Shown here: positions 11,142 through 22,862 of the stretch, one piece after another
Layout: the number at the start of each line of letters is the position of its first letter
Numbering within the stretch: the stretch's first letter is position 1
Origin: Antedon mediterranea
Taxonomy: Eukaryota; Animalia; Echinodermata
Reading direction: 5' to 3'
Assembly (NCBI RefSeq): GCF_964355755.1
Contig: NC_092674.1
Span: forward strand, 24,924,001 to 24,988,000
DNA length: 64,000 nt
Notes under the pieces: model-generated
Seen by the model: only the letters and a program-made list of their open reading frames with translations
Databases searched by the model: none
What the model was told of the DNA's origin: nothing
Program-made: the position numbers and the translations under genes

Positions 11142-12091
11142 ACACATTCTATGTAAAACTCATTTCTGAAGTTAAAGAAAAATAAAATAGGCCTATAGAC
11201 TTGAAAACAAAGTGCCTGAGTTTAGTAGACATATTAATAGTAATCCTCTTGATATTTTACTTCAATATTTCTAAGGTTTATAGCATTTAATAGGATGCAA
11301 TTTATATAATATACTTTGAATACTATACTAATTAAAAACGCTTCTCTTTAATAACCGGATACAGGATATTAAGCTGAATTAATTAAGGATAGGCTTTCGT
11401 AGCAAAGTATAAGACCTAAAAGTTCCAGGCCTTTAAATAATTCAAGATTAGATATTTCGAAACTTCAAAACTCTAGAATGCTATTAGGCCTTCGTAATTA
11501 GCATGATTAAAAACGAGGTAAGCGGACAACAAAAATTGTTTTTTTTGTGACGACATAATTAGCAATGTTTCTAACGGCACCCCGTATATAAATCGTTCGT
11601 CTTGTCAGTATACTACGCTTATTTCAACTTTATTACTTCACCGTTGTCGGAAAATATCTGACGTTATTTCCAATGGTTAGAATCAGATCAGATAGAGTTT
11701 TAATCCATTGTGCATCTATATATATTATAATAAAATGTCCTTGTTTACACGAGGTGTTATTGGAACTTTAGTTTAACGAAATTCCAATCAATAGAGTAGA
11801 CGAGTGATTTTCTTAAAAAAGGATTTGTACAATAAAACCCGCCCATTTTACATCGAATCGATTGTGAAATAAACAGACTTGCATACTAAAAACACATTCA
11901 CTTAATGAAATATTAAATCAATCACACGAACCACGCATTAACGTCTCATCTCCATCAACAAAGTAGACATGAGGTACTTGCTTGGCTAAGATTAATATAG
12001 ACTGGAATACTAGAGTAAGGTTTTTCACTGACGCAAACGAGTGGTATACTTCAATCTGAAACTCCAGTTTCTATATTATGTTTTAACGAAC

Positions 12092-12149
12092 GGACGAAGC
12101 CAGGTACTGTTTATAAGTACGGCGCGCTAACCGACTGACCCACTGGGGA
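12092..12149 (-). pseudogene. 5'-half tRNA-Ile fragment at a duplication junction
   Basis: Homology stops inside the intron. Confidence 0.85.
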
Positions 12150-13520
12150 ACACAATTTTCAAATTTCCAACAGCATAGTCAATGAAAACAAATTGTAGAC
12201 TTACTGTGGAAACCCGATTCTTTCAAGTCTAGAAAACAACTGCAGATGTTGACTAAGGAAGATTGTTATTCTACTTTCCTGGTTAGACAATATATATTTA
12301 AATACTTATCTTTCAAATATTTTTTACCATAATGTCCAAGGTTTAGGACATACAAGAAGAGACAGAGAAGATAAACACGTATTATACGGACAATACCTTA
12401 CTTTATATCATTGAATGGCGTTAATCAGTTAAGTATCTAGTTTGACAGTTGCATAATCTGGTGTTTAAAACTAAGATTGAGATTTACATGTAAACAACCG
12501 TGAACCCGGACTTGTTCTTTAAGCTATAGTATAATTTTGGTTTACATCGACAAGGTGCTATAGTTTAGTTAAATCCCACTTAAAAAATGGAGGAGATGAA
12601 ATACACTTTTCTAAAAGACAAATCGTTAAAACTCGCCCATGTGAATCAATCTATTGTGAAATACAGGCAGTTGCATTTCTGAGGTAAATTATTGTTGAGC
12701 GTTTTTAGAAAACTGTGATTTACGTATTCAAAATATAGTAAAATATTCAGAAAACCATAAATCAAGTTATCTTTTAGGCTTGCAATAAGTTGAACGAGTA
12801 CGGACAAAACCAGTGGTATGTAGTCCCGGTATGTAGTATTTCAAGATTGTCCTTTTTGTTGTAGTGAATTATCGGTCAGAGCTCGGTCACGCCAAAGTCA
12901 AAAGTGCCGTGCTAGGCCTACTACGAACGAATTATGAAAACACAAAGAGACTATTTTAGAAAATCAAGCTGCAAAATACCACTTTTATTAGTAATACTAT
13001 GTTTAACGTACTTATGCCTAATTGTTGTGGTGTGCCATAGAATAATTTCATGGTAAGCAGCTTTTTTGTATATAGTAGTTTGTTATTATTATTATTATGC
13101 GCACTTACATTAATTAAAAATCAGAAGAAGAAGGTCAAACAACTCAACCATTTAATTAGAAGAAATCTGAGCTAGACTGGCAAACATTGTGTTGGTATTT
13201 TTTCTTTTGCTAAAACATGAAAAAGTATATATATACAAACATACTATACAAAGTTTTAAATTTGTGTACGTATCTTTCAGAGCTCAGATACGGGTCGTAG
13301 TTTTTTTATTTGGTAAGTGATTCTATTGCTAAAACATGACAAAGTAGGCTTACTTTTGTTTGCTACCTTAAGAAAAAATACCACCACAATTTATTGAAAC
13401 CATATACATTTTTCGAGAATATAGAAGCCATACTATAATATACAAATTTTTAAATGTGTGTATTTTCAGAGCTTAGAAACGGATCATAGTTTTTCCATTT
13501 GGTTAGTGAGCACATACAGT

Positions 13521-14366
13521 ATGGAATACGAATTTGCCAATGATAGTACAGCATTGAATTTTACTGCTCCTTCACCAGGCACGGAAGAGTCAACGATTCC
13601 TTGGATTATTTACTACATCATTGGCTTCTTTGCAACAATTGAAAACGCTTTTGTTTTACTTATTGTCCTAAAGTCAAAGAAATTCCACAAGAAAAGAAAC
13701 ATTTTCTTATTTAGCTTATCATTGTCGGATTTTATTGTTGGCCTGCAATCAGTTTTATTTTGCTTTAAAATATTTTCTGATTCATATATCTTCGGTTCAA
13801 TTTTGGAAGCCATGTTTATTGTATCAATGTTTAGCATAAGTGCTGTCTGCATCGAACGTTACATTGCAATTGTTGGCGCACCGTTTACCTACAAACAAGT
13901 TATGACACTAAAGAGATGCCTTGTCGTCTACATCTTAATCTGGGATATTCCCATAACTGTTATCTTGGTTATTTATGGTTATGTGTATAATAGATGGACT
14001 AAATTTGCGTTTTCTTGCGTATCATTATGTTCAATCGTTGCAAACTATATTCTCTATTACAATATCTCTTTGGAACTTACAAAAAATGATCGTAAAGTTA
14101 CGGAAGATTTTGGAAAAAATATGCTAGGACGATCGCGGAAATTGATTCGATCTTTCACCATTTTACTTGTTATTTCCAGTGTCTGCTGGCTTCCGCTTTG
14201 TTGTTTTTGGACATTAGCAGTGATTGATGAAACTTTTGACAATAATGTAAATGCAGAGAACTGGCTGTATTGCATAGCTTTGAGTAACTCAGTTATAAAC
14301 CCAATCGTTTACTGGTTTCGTTTACCAGGAATGGAGAGAGCTCAAGAATTTGATATGTTGCTGTAG
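13521..14366 (+). CDS. Rhodopsin-class GPCR, paralogue 3, C-tail frameshifted (281 aa)
   Basis: All 7 TMs intact; 2-nt deletion after PGM gives ERAQEFDMLL*; ancestral tail still readable to TGA at ~14472. Confidence 0.85.
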   Translation: MEYEFANDSTALNFTAPSPGTEESTIPWIIYYIIGFFATIENAFVLLIVLKSKKFHKKRNIFLFSLSLSDFIVGLQSVLFCFKIFSDSYIFGSILEAMFIVSMFSISAVCIERYIAIVGAPFTYKQVMTLKRCLVVYILIWDIPITVILVIYGYVYNRWTKFAFSCVSLCSIVANYILYYNISLELTKNDRKVTEDFGKNMLGRSRKLIRSFTILLVISSVCWLPLCCFWTLAVIDETFDNNVNAENWLYCIALSNSVINPIVYWFRLPGMERAQEFDMLL

Positions 14367-15046
14367 AAATGTTGCTAAAAAAGAAAAAGCAAATTCCAAA
14401 GGTCCTCAAACAATTTCAACTGCAACAACGTCACTTCCCTTTTCAGTAACGAACTTGGAATCTATATCATGAATTATATTTTTCTCTCTGAAAAATTTAA
14501 GTTGCTCATAGAACGTTTAAAAGAAATGTAATAATTGCTTCTCAATCTGACGTGAAAATTAAATGTAGCCTAAAAACAAAAAACACTAGCAAAAAAATGT
14601 AAAAAGTTAGTTTGAAACTTACCAAATGACGGTGTTTATTGATGTTAATTTGGTTATTGTATTTAGATAAGAAAATACTACTGTAATTTGAATGGAAATC
14701 AGAAGCAGAAATATATTGATGGAACGCCAAAGGCCACAAAATATATTCTGTGGTTCAGAAGAAGACATGTAATGACATTTTCACGTGTTAAATTTTCAAT
14801 CCTGATCTCTATACTTTCTAGTTGCTTACAATTATTTGTTTAAATAATTACTTCGTTATGCCTTATAATGTTTAAACTATCTTAAATTAAAACATATAAC
14901 TATTCTATAATCTAGTCTTAAATTGAATACAATAAATAATAATTTAATATGTGATGATTAATAAGTGATTTTTAATAAAGAGAAATTTAAACTGCTGAAA
15001 TTAAATATTTTTATCATTTTATGGAGTGAAAGGGAAAAAAATTAGT

Positions 15047-15154
15047 TTCCCCAGGAGAGGATCGAACTCTCGACCTCCGCATTACCAAACCAGTAAGGAC
15101 GAAGCCAGGTACTGTTTATAAGTACGGCGCGCTAACCGACTGAGCCACTGGGGA
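15047..15154 (-). tRNA. tRNA-Ile-TAT: tRNA-Ile(UAU), intron-containing, downstream of GPCR3
   Basis: Perfect consensus; T7 terminator. Confidence 0.92.
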
Positions 15155-15221
15155 ACACAATGCAGATAAAAACAACTAATATTTTATCTATATTCTGGAG
15201 TCAAAGAGAACAAAATTTAGG

Positions 15222-15329
15222 TTCCCCGGGAAAGGATCGAACTCTCGACTTCCGCATTACCAAACCAGTAAGGACGAAACCAGGTACTGGTTATACGCAC
15301 GGCGAGCTAATCGACTGAGCCACTGAGGA
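15222..15329 (-). pseudogene. Degenerate tRNA-Ile(UAU) copy
   Basis: Many stem and loop substitutions. Confidence 0.8.
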
Positions 15330-15395
15330 ACACAATGAAGGTAAAAAAACTATTATTTTATCTATATTCTGGAGTCAAAGAGAACAAATTTAACG

Positions 15396-15498
15396 TTCCC
15401 CAGGAGAGGATCGAACACTCGACCTCCTCATTACCAAACCAGTAAGGACGAAGCTAGGTACTGTCTGTAACTACGGCGCTTACCGACTGAGCCGGGGA
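15396..15498 (-). pseudogene. Degenerate tRNA-Ile copy (anticodon TAC, deletions)
   Basis: Deletions in D arm/acceptor, substitutions. Confidence 0.8.
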
Positions 15499-16197
15499 AC
15501 ACATTGTAGGAAATTGATATTCATTTCTGAAGTTAAAGAAAAATAAAATATAGACTAGAAAACAAATTGTCTGATTTTAGTATACATATGTTTAATTTAA
15601 CAGTAATCCTTTTAATATTTTACTTTAATATTTTCAAGGTTTATAGCATTTAGTAGGATTACTATTTATAATACTGCAGGTACTATAATTTATCATTAAT
15701 ATACTTTGAATCTTGCAGTATAGTATACTAATTAAAAACGCTTTTCTTTAATAACCGGATACAGGATATTAAGCTGAATTAATTAAGGATAGGCTTTCGT
15801 AGCAAAGTATAAGACCTAAAAGTTCCAGGTCTTTACATAATTCAAGATTTGGCCTAGATATTTCGATCTGTGCACTGTTATTAAAAACTCTAGAATGCTA
15901 TTAGGCCTGCGAAGGAGACGAATAACAGAATATACTGGATCCAATTATCAGGTAATGGTTAAAGAATAGGCCATTAATTATTTACTAATAATAATATCTT
16001 ACAATTTTAGAAATAAATTACTTGGATTGGTAAAGAATTGTTACAAAGCTAGATTGTTTTCCGGACAGAAGTTCTGTAATTTTGAAATCGGATTGGCTCT
16101 GTAGGACGGTAAAGAAACGTTTACATACGTGGCGTGACATTGCTTTTTGTGACATAATTAGCAATGTTCCTAACGGCGCGCCGTAAATAAATAGTTA

Positions 16198-16372
16198 AGC
16201 TTGGTTCCCACTAGCGACGTAACGTAACGCAATCTCACGCATCATAAGCAAATGCCCTTCTAATAATTGTGCTTGCCTCCGCCTGCGTGAAATCAACCCT
16301 GCGATTTTTGCAGCACTGTTGCGTCGTCGGCTCCCACTTTTGATTACGCAATACATACTGGGAACCCCGCTT
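16198..16372. mobile_element. Palindromic MITE family B
   Basis: AGCTTGGTTCCCACTAG...CTGGGAACCCCGCT; absent from paralogous segment near 11595. Confidence 0.65.
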
Positions 16373-17441
16373 TTGTATGTCAGTAATACTTCAAATTTAT
16401 TACTTCACCGTTGTAGGAAAATAACTAACTTTATTTCCAATGGTTAGGTTTACACAAAAAACTTATTTGCGAATCAGATAAAGTTTAAGTAATCCATTGT
16501 GCACCAATATACTATATTATAATAAAATGTCCTTGTTTACACGAGGTGTTATTGGGACTTTAGTTTAACGAAATTCCAATCAGTAGAGTAGACGTGTGGT
16601 TTTCTTAAAGAAGGAATTGTACAATAAAACCCGCCAATTTTACATCGAATCGATTGTAAAATAAACGGAGTTGCATATTAAAAACACATTTACTTAGTGA
16701 AATATTAAATCAAACACACGAACCACGCATTAACGTCTCACCATCAACAAAGTAGACATGAGGTACTTGCTTGTCTAAGATTAATATAGATTGGAAGACT
16801 AGAGTAAGGTTTTTCACTGACGCAAACGAGTGGTAGATACTTCAATCTGAAACTCCAGTTGCTAGATGCTTTAACAAACGTTTAGTTCCCAGGAAAGGAC
16901 GTAAACGCAACACAAGTGAGTTGACCAATAAACATGCTTTATAGTTTTTGTTGTTGTTGTTGTTCTTGTTATCTCTTTTTTTGTGATTCTGCATGTAACA
17001 TGATATCCAATAATAAAGGTCTTTAAAATGTCTTAATTATATCATTTGTTATTTTGCCAATATTGAAATTAATAAATGTTCTTGAAATGACATTTAATTG
17101 ATCACACGAACTGATTGGTCAAGTCACTTGGGTTGTCCATAATAGGGGATTTTTATAATTGACTGTCCAAAAGAGAAGATTTTTGTCCATGATAGGGGCT
17201 TTTATTGGAGTAGTGCGCCATCCATTGTGTTGTCCATAATAGGGGATTTTATAAGTGTGTAAGTGTAAGCCTATACTCCTAGGCCTAGTATATGTTTATT
17301 AACATTGTTAAGTTTTGTTATATTATTGATGAAGACGATAGGTCATATATAAAACGTCAACGCATTTACTTTTTTCCAGAACGCAGAAAAACACAGTATA
17401 AAGGGCAATATTTGGGACGTTGAACAATTGTTCTGAGTGGG

Positions 17442-18353
17442 ATGTACATTATGGCATACGAATACGAATCGGCCTACAATAATACGAATGTAACGGATCA
17501 ACCAGAATGGGAAGACTATTATTACGACATTCCTGGAATTATTTACACAACTATTGGCGTCTTTGCAACAATTGAAAATGCTTTTGTTCTACTTATTGTC
17601 CTAAAATCGAAGAAATTCCGCAAGAATAGGAACATTTTCTTATTTAGTTTAGCTTTAGCCGATTTTATAGTTGGCGTGCAATCAGTTTTGATATATGCTG
17701 ATATGTTAAACGAATCATACGTGTTTGGTTCAATTTTGGACGCAATGTTTCTTGTAACAATGTTTAACATAAGTGCTGTCTGCATCGAACGTTACATTGT
17801 AATTGTTGGCGCACCTTTTACCCATAAACAAATTATAACATCGAAAAGATGCATTTTTGCCTGCTTCCTTTTCTGGATAATCCCTATAACTGGTATCTTA
17901 GTTGTTTATTATTATATGTACAATAAATGGATTAAATTTGCTTTTGCTTGCTTGTCGGTAATTTTAATCGTTGCTAACTGCTTTCTATATTACAAAATCT
18001 CGTTGGAACTCGCAGAAAACGATCGTAAAGTTACTGAAGATTTTAGACATAACGTGGTTGGACGGTCGCGGGCATTGATTCGATCTTTCACCATTTTACT
18101 TGTAATTTCCAGTGTCTGCTGGCTTCCGCTTTGTTGTTTTTGGGCATTAGCATTGGTTTATGAAACTGTGGATGGTAATTTGACAGTAGAAGATTCGCTG
18201 TTTTGCCTTGCTGTGAGTAATTCTGTTATTAACCCAATAGTTTACTGGTTTCGTATGCCAGGAATGAAAGAAGAGCTCCAGAAATTAATATGCTGTTGTA
18301 GAAAAAATAATAACAAAGAAAAAGTAATTGCAACCGTGTCTACATCAAACTGA
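17442..18353 (+). CDS. Rhodopsin-class GPCR, paralogue 4, 303 aa
   Basis: 7TM, LALAD, ERY, CWLP, NPIVY, CCC. Confidence 0.95.
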   Translation: MYIMAYEYESAYNNTNVTDQPEWEDYYYDIPGIIYTTIGVFATIENAFVLLIVLKSKKFRKNRNIFLFSLALADFIVGVQSVLIYADMLNESYVFGSILDAMFLVTMFNISAVCIERYIVIVGAPFTHKQIITSKRCIFACFLFWIIPITGILVVYYYMYNKWIKFAFACLSVILIVANCFLYYKISLELAENDRKVTEDFRHNVVGRSRALIRSFTILLVISSVCWLPLCCFWALALVYETVDGNLTVEDSLFCLAVSNSVINPIVYWFRMPGMKEELQKLICCCRKNNNKEKVIATVSTSN

Positions 18354-19403
18354 AACAATTTAAAAATAAACTTGGGATGCTGCTACTCTTCATAAATGTC
18401 GATTTCTTATATGACATCTTTTTGAATTGTAAACATTAATCTTATTAGTCAATGAATATGTATATTTTTTAACTTTTGATTGTTTTAATTTAAACATGGA
18501 ACTTCTATAAGGTTTATCATTTATCTGAATATAATTCTACTATATATGTGACAAATGTTTATGTAGTAATTGCTATTGTTCATTAATTATTATTTTGTTG
18601 TATTTATAGGCAATACTTATTTATTATCAGGTCAGATAGAGATGTACATGTATTAAATGTGAACAATGATTATCCTTTATCTATCTTTTATCTGTTATTT
18701 GTCCTTGTAGCGAAGTTCCTATTCAACAATAGGGTAGAATAAATGATTTCCAGAAAGGATTTAGAAAACAATAAAAATGTGACTCAAATCGCTTGTGAAT
18801 TACAGATTTTACGTAAATGTATTTTTTATCAGTATCTTTAAAACTGTGATTTACGTAATATAGAAAAATAAACAACTATAAATCAACAACTCACATCAGC
18901 AAACAAAGTAAGGTACAGTAGTCTAGGCCTACATGTTATGATTGCTAAAATCAAGACAGGCTGAAATGGTACGATTACCGGTACGGACAGAAGCCAGGAA
19001 ATTGTCCTGATTGTAGTAGGTCGACTGCCAGAGATGGGTAGGCCTACACCTTGAATAAGATGTTTCGACTTCTAAACAGTTTTAAAAAGTCTTTCATTTA
19101 TTATGAATGTTTAACGAATATATATTTGATAATAATTATAGTAGGCCTATTGTCTGGATATTCATGGATATATTTGATGTGTGAACTAAATATTAAGACG
19201 ATAGGGCCTAGTGCTCATTCAACTTTCCATAGTACGGGCACCCCATTCTATATATATATCATAATAATACCGTATCTTACGGCACAGAAAGACGTAGACC
19301 TACATAAGAAATATTTGCTATTTATAAACTTTCTTTCAGAGCCTAAAATATACGGGCGCCATTTGGGACTTTTTTAAATTGTGTTGTTTGTACCATATAG
19401 ATT

Positions 19404-19775
19404 ATGGAAATTAATTCGATATTTCGTCATTTTTCTTGTAATTTCCAGTCTGCTGGCTTTCCATTTGTTGTTTTTGGGTATTATCAGTGATTTTCGAAAG
19501 TGACGATGATAATTTAACTGTAGAGGACTCCTTATACTGCTTAGCTTTGAGTATTTCAGTTATTAACTCAATAGTTTACTAGTACCGTTTACCAGGAATG
19601 AAAGAAGAACTCAAAGATTTTGTATGTTGCTGTAGAAGAGAAAAGAAAAGGAAGTAAATTCAGACGGCCCTCAAAATGTCGCAACCTAGGCCTACATCAC
19701 TCTGAAACTGTAGGCCTAACCTTCCTTTTTCAGAGGGCCAAACTTGGAATTATGAAATCTACGTATTCAACGCGT
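19404..19775 (+). pseudogene. GPCR pseudogene: start codon fused to TM6-TM7-tail
   Basis: ATGGAA joined directly to the ICL3/TM6 sequence; further frameshift and TGG>TAG after the NPxxY-equivalent. Confidence 0.85.
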
Positions 19776-21591
19776 TCGTTGGTGATTGTTGAATCGTTAT
19801 ATCGTACTTCTTACGTACAACTGAATTTAATTTGAATATATAGACCATCATGATTCGACAATTACTACGTATTTGCGTCGTTTTAAAATGTTATAAATGT
19901 AAGAATAATTAAATATAAAATATTAGATTAAATATGAAATACCTTCTCGCTGTAACAAAATATTTGTTGTTGTTTTTTTGTATTAGGTTAACTCTATTGA
20001 CACTAACTTTTAGTTAAACTGTCATTTTGTGACAAACCACGTTCCTAATAAGACGACAGTACCCGCATTTTAAATCAAATTGGGGCCTAGTCGTGAAATT
20101 GAATAGCCTTTCGAACGCGGTTAGATATTTCTTCAAAATATCAATTTCACTTGATGTAAATCTAACGTAGATCGTAAAAAGTAATCATGACATAAATCTC
20201 GAAACATCATCTCCGGTATTGTGTTTTTTTTTAAAGTCAAAATAGGCTTATAGTGAGTAGGACCAACCTTCAATTCAATTAACGGTTGAATGAGCTATTA
20301 ACGTGACGTAACGTTTACAATTATTGTTCGACATTCTTGACCCACATCGACAGAACAACTATATTTCTTGCTTTCCAACGGGAAGTATTTAATAGAATAT
20401 TTTCCGATTAAATTCGCCAACCAGCAACTTTTAAAATTGCTACTGATAGCTGCTAGGCATGTGACGCATGGTGGTATTTAATCTCTTGAAGTAAATCGAG
20501 GTAGTGAAGGCTACAGCACAAGATTGTTCGTAGGCCTACTCCACGGGTTGTGTTTGGCTCTAATTCATTGAGGTGTGTGTTGTGTAAGTATTTTGATTTT
20601 TCAACAGAATAAGCCCATTGTTTGATGAAAAGGTTATGACGCCGTTGTATTATGTATATTATTGTGTAGCGAGAGCAAGCAAGCATGCCTACCAACATTG
20701 CTGTCTTCCATCTGCAAACTGAATGCAACAGACCGTAGACGTGGCTCTAACAACCCATAGTTAAGTCGGACCAATAAGGAAATAATGTAGGGACACGGAC
20801 GGGCAGCATCTAGGACACATGTTTGTATTACATTTCAATTGTCATACATGACATAGGGCAAATAATGTTGATATGCCTATATACTTTATCAACTTTTTTT
20901 CTGAACATGCGTCACGAAACAAAACATACATAAGTGCTGAATGTAAATATTTCTTGTCCTATGAATGTATATCCATAGAGAAATATACAAAAGATACCGG
21001 GCGCAATATATGCTTTCTTTGACACTTGCATTAGTAATCTTTATTAATGGGATATTAAAACTCAATATATCAAAATGACTGGTGTGTACATAATTTATTG
21101 CTACTAAACGCTTTGTTTATTAAGATCTCCGTAACAATAATGGTAATAATATGTAGGCCTACATAATCAGGAGCTGATCTAGGGAGCGCACACACAATGG
21201 ATGCGCTGTAGGACTGTACCCATCCTGGTTTTCCATTTTCCTTTTTTATAAACACAACACACCCGAATTATATTATTACTATTTGATTGGTTGATTTCCT
21301 ACACGTGCCATAGGAATAATGTTCTATCATTTTATTGCACGTTTAACATTTTGTAATCATTTTGAGAATGTTGTGCAACGTGAGGCTCCGCGTGGCCAAA
21401 ATCCGAGCACAGCCTTTTAAAAAGCCTAATCTCCATCAATAAAAAGTAAATCTGTATATTAAAATAGTTTGATTAAGTTGTGGATCATTGATATTTAAAT
21501 GGATTGGTAGAAGAAAATCAGGTAAATTATTTTATCATTAAAGCCAGTTGCTTATTCTTACTTACAGGAAAACGAACCACAGAGAGGAAGT

Positions 21592-22497
21592 ATGAATTTT
21601 AGTAATTATACGCTTGCATATCCAGCTCCACCTGATGGCGATGACGAATTAAGCGTTCCATACTTTATTTACGCTATCATTGGCGTGTTGGCAGCTGCCG
21701 AGAATGCAGTTGCTATACTCATCGTCATCAGTTCTAAACGATTCCGTAAAAAGAGAAATGTATTTTTATTCAGTCTCACACTGGCAGATTTTACAGTCGG
21801 TATTTTGTCATTTTTAGTCTATTTTGAAACATTTTACAAATCAAACATGTTTGGCTCCATTTTAGATGCAATGTTTCTTGTGTCCATGATCAGCATAAGT
21901 GCCGTCTGCATAGAACGATACATTGCGATTGTTGCCGCGCCGTTTACCTACAAACATATCGTAACTTTTAAAAAATGCATTATCGTCTGTTTTCTTTACT
22001 GGGTTTTAACAATAGTGATCGTCATCGGGGTCTACTCGTTTACATACGATAAATGGACACGGCTGGCATTCTGCATTGTCACGTTAATCACAATACTCGC
22101 TAATTATATTCTGTACTTCAAAATATCAAGAGTTCTTTCTGCCAACGACCATGACGTCACCCAAAACCTTGGACAGAACGTTATTGGAAGATCCAAGCGG
22201 CTGATTCAATCGTTCATCATTTTACTTGTAATCGCCACAGTATGCTGGCTTCCTCTTTGTTGTTTTTATATAATCGCTGTATTTTCTAAAAGTGTTGATG
22301 AAAATGCGTATGTTTTGAACGTACTTTACTGTGTGTCTCTGTGCAACTCTTTCATAAATCCATACATATACTGGTACCGTCTGCCAGGTATGAAAGAAGC
22401 GCTCCGTTCTCTTGTTTGCTGCATTAGGACTGTTCCTGAGAAGGATGATGATCATACAAGAAACCCGACAACTTCTACTGCAGTCACGGCTGTTTAG
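21592..22497 (+). CDS. Rhodopsin-class GPCR, paralogue 5, 301 aa
   Basis: 7TM, LTLAD, ERY, CWLP, NPYIY; acceptor cttacag at ~21567. Confidence 0.95.
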   Translation: MNFSNYTLAYPAPPDGDDELSVPYFIYAIIGVLAAAENAVAILIVISSKRFRKKRNVFLFSLTLADFTVGILSFLVYFETFYKSNMFGSILDAMFLVSMISISAVCIERYIAIVAAPFTYKHIVTFKKCIIVCFLYWVLTIVIVIGVYSFTYDKWTRLAFCIVTLITILANYILYFKISRVLSANDHDVTQNLGQNVIGRSKRLIQSFIILLVIATVCWLPLCCFYIIAVFSKSVDENAYVLNVLYCVSLCNSFINPYIYWYRLPGMKEALRSLVCCIRTVPEKDDDHTRNPTTSTAVTAV

Positions 22498-22539
22498 TCA
22501 TAATCTAGTTTGTATCCTCTGTTAATGTGTGTGTTGTTC

Positions 22540-22862
22540 GATTGATAAAGCACTTATACAATCAAAAGATTGTCCCAAAGCGCTGAGAGAAAAAACAGAA
22601 AGAAATTACAAAGAATGAGTGTTATGATAGAGGGTGCATTTATAATAGGATCAGAAAGATTGTTCCACAGTTAACACAGTTTAGGAGCTGCAACTGCAAA
22701 AGCTTGATCACCATAGGTCTTAAGGCAGCTGAGTGGAACAAAAAGTGCAGATGAATTAGTTTAAAAATAATTCTTTGTGTTAATTGGAAGCCAGTGAAGT
22801 TTATAAAATATTCCTGTACTGTAATATGAGCAAATCTTGAAGTGCCTGATACAAGTCGAGCT
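22540..22862 (-). mobile_element. CR1/L2-clade LINE 3' fragment
   Basis: Minus strand encodes KTYGDQAFAVAAPKL.., the typical L2/CR1 ORF2 C-terminal motif, followed by AGCGCTTTGGGAC..AAGTGCTTT 3' end. Confidence 0.65.
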
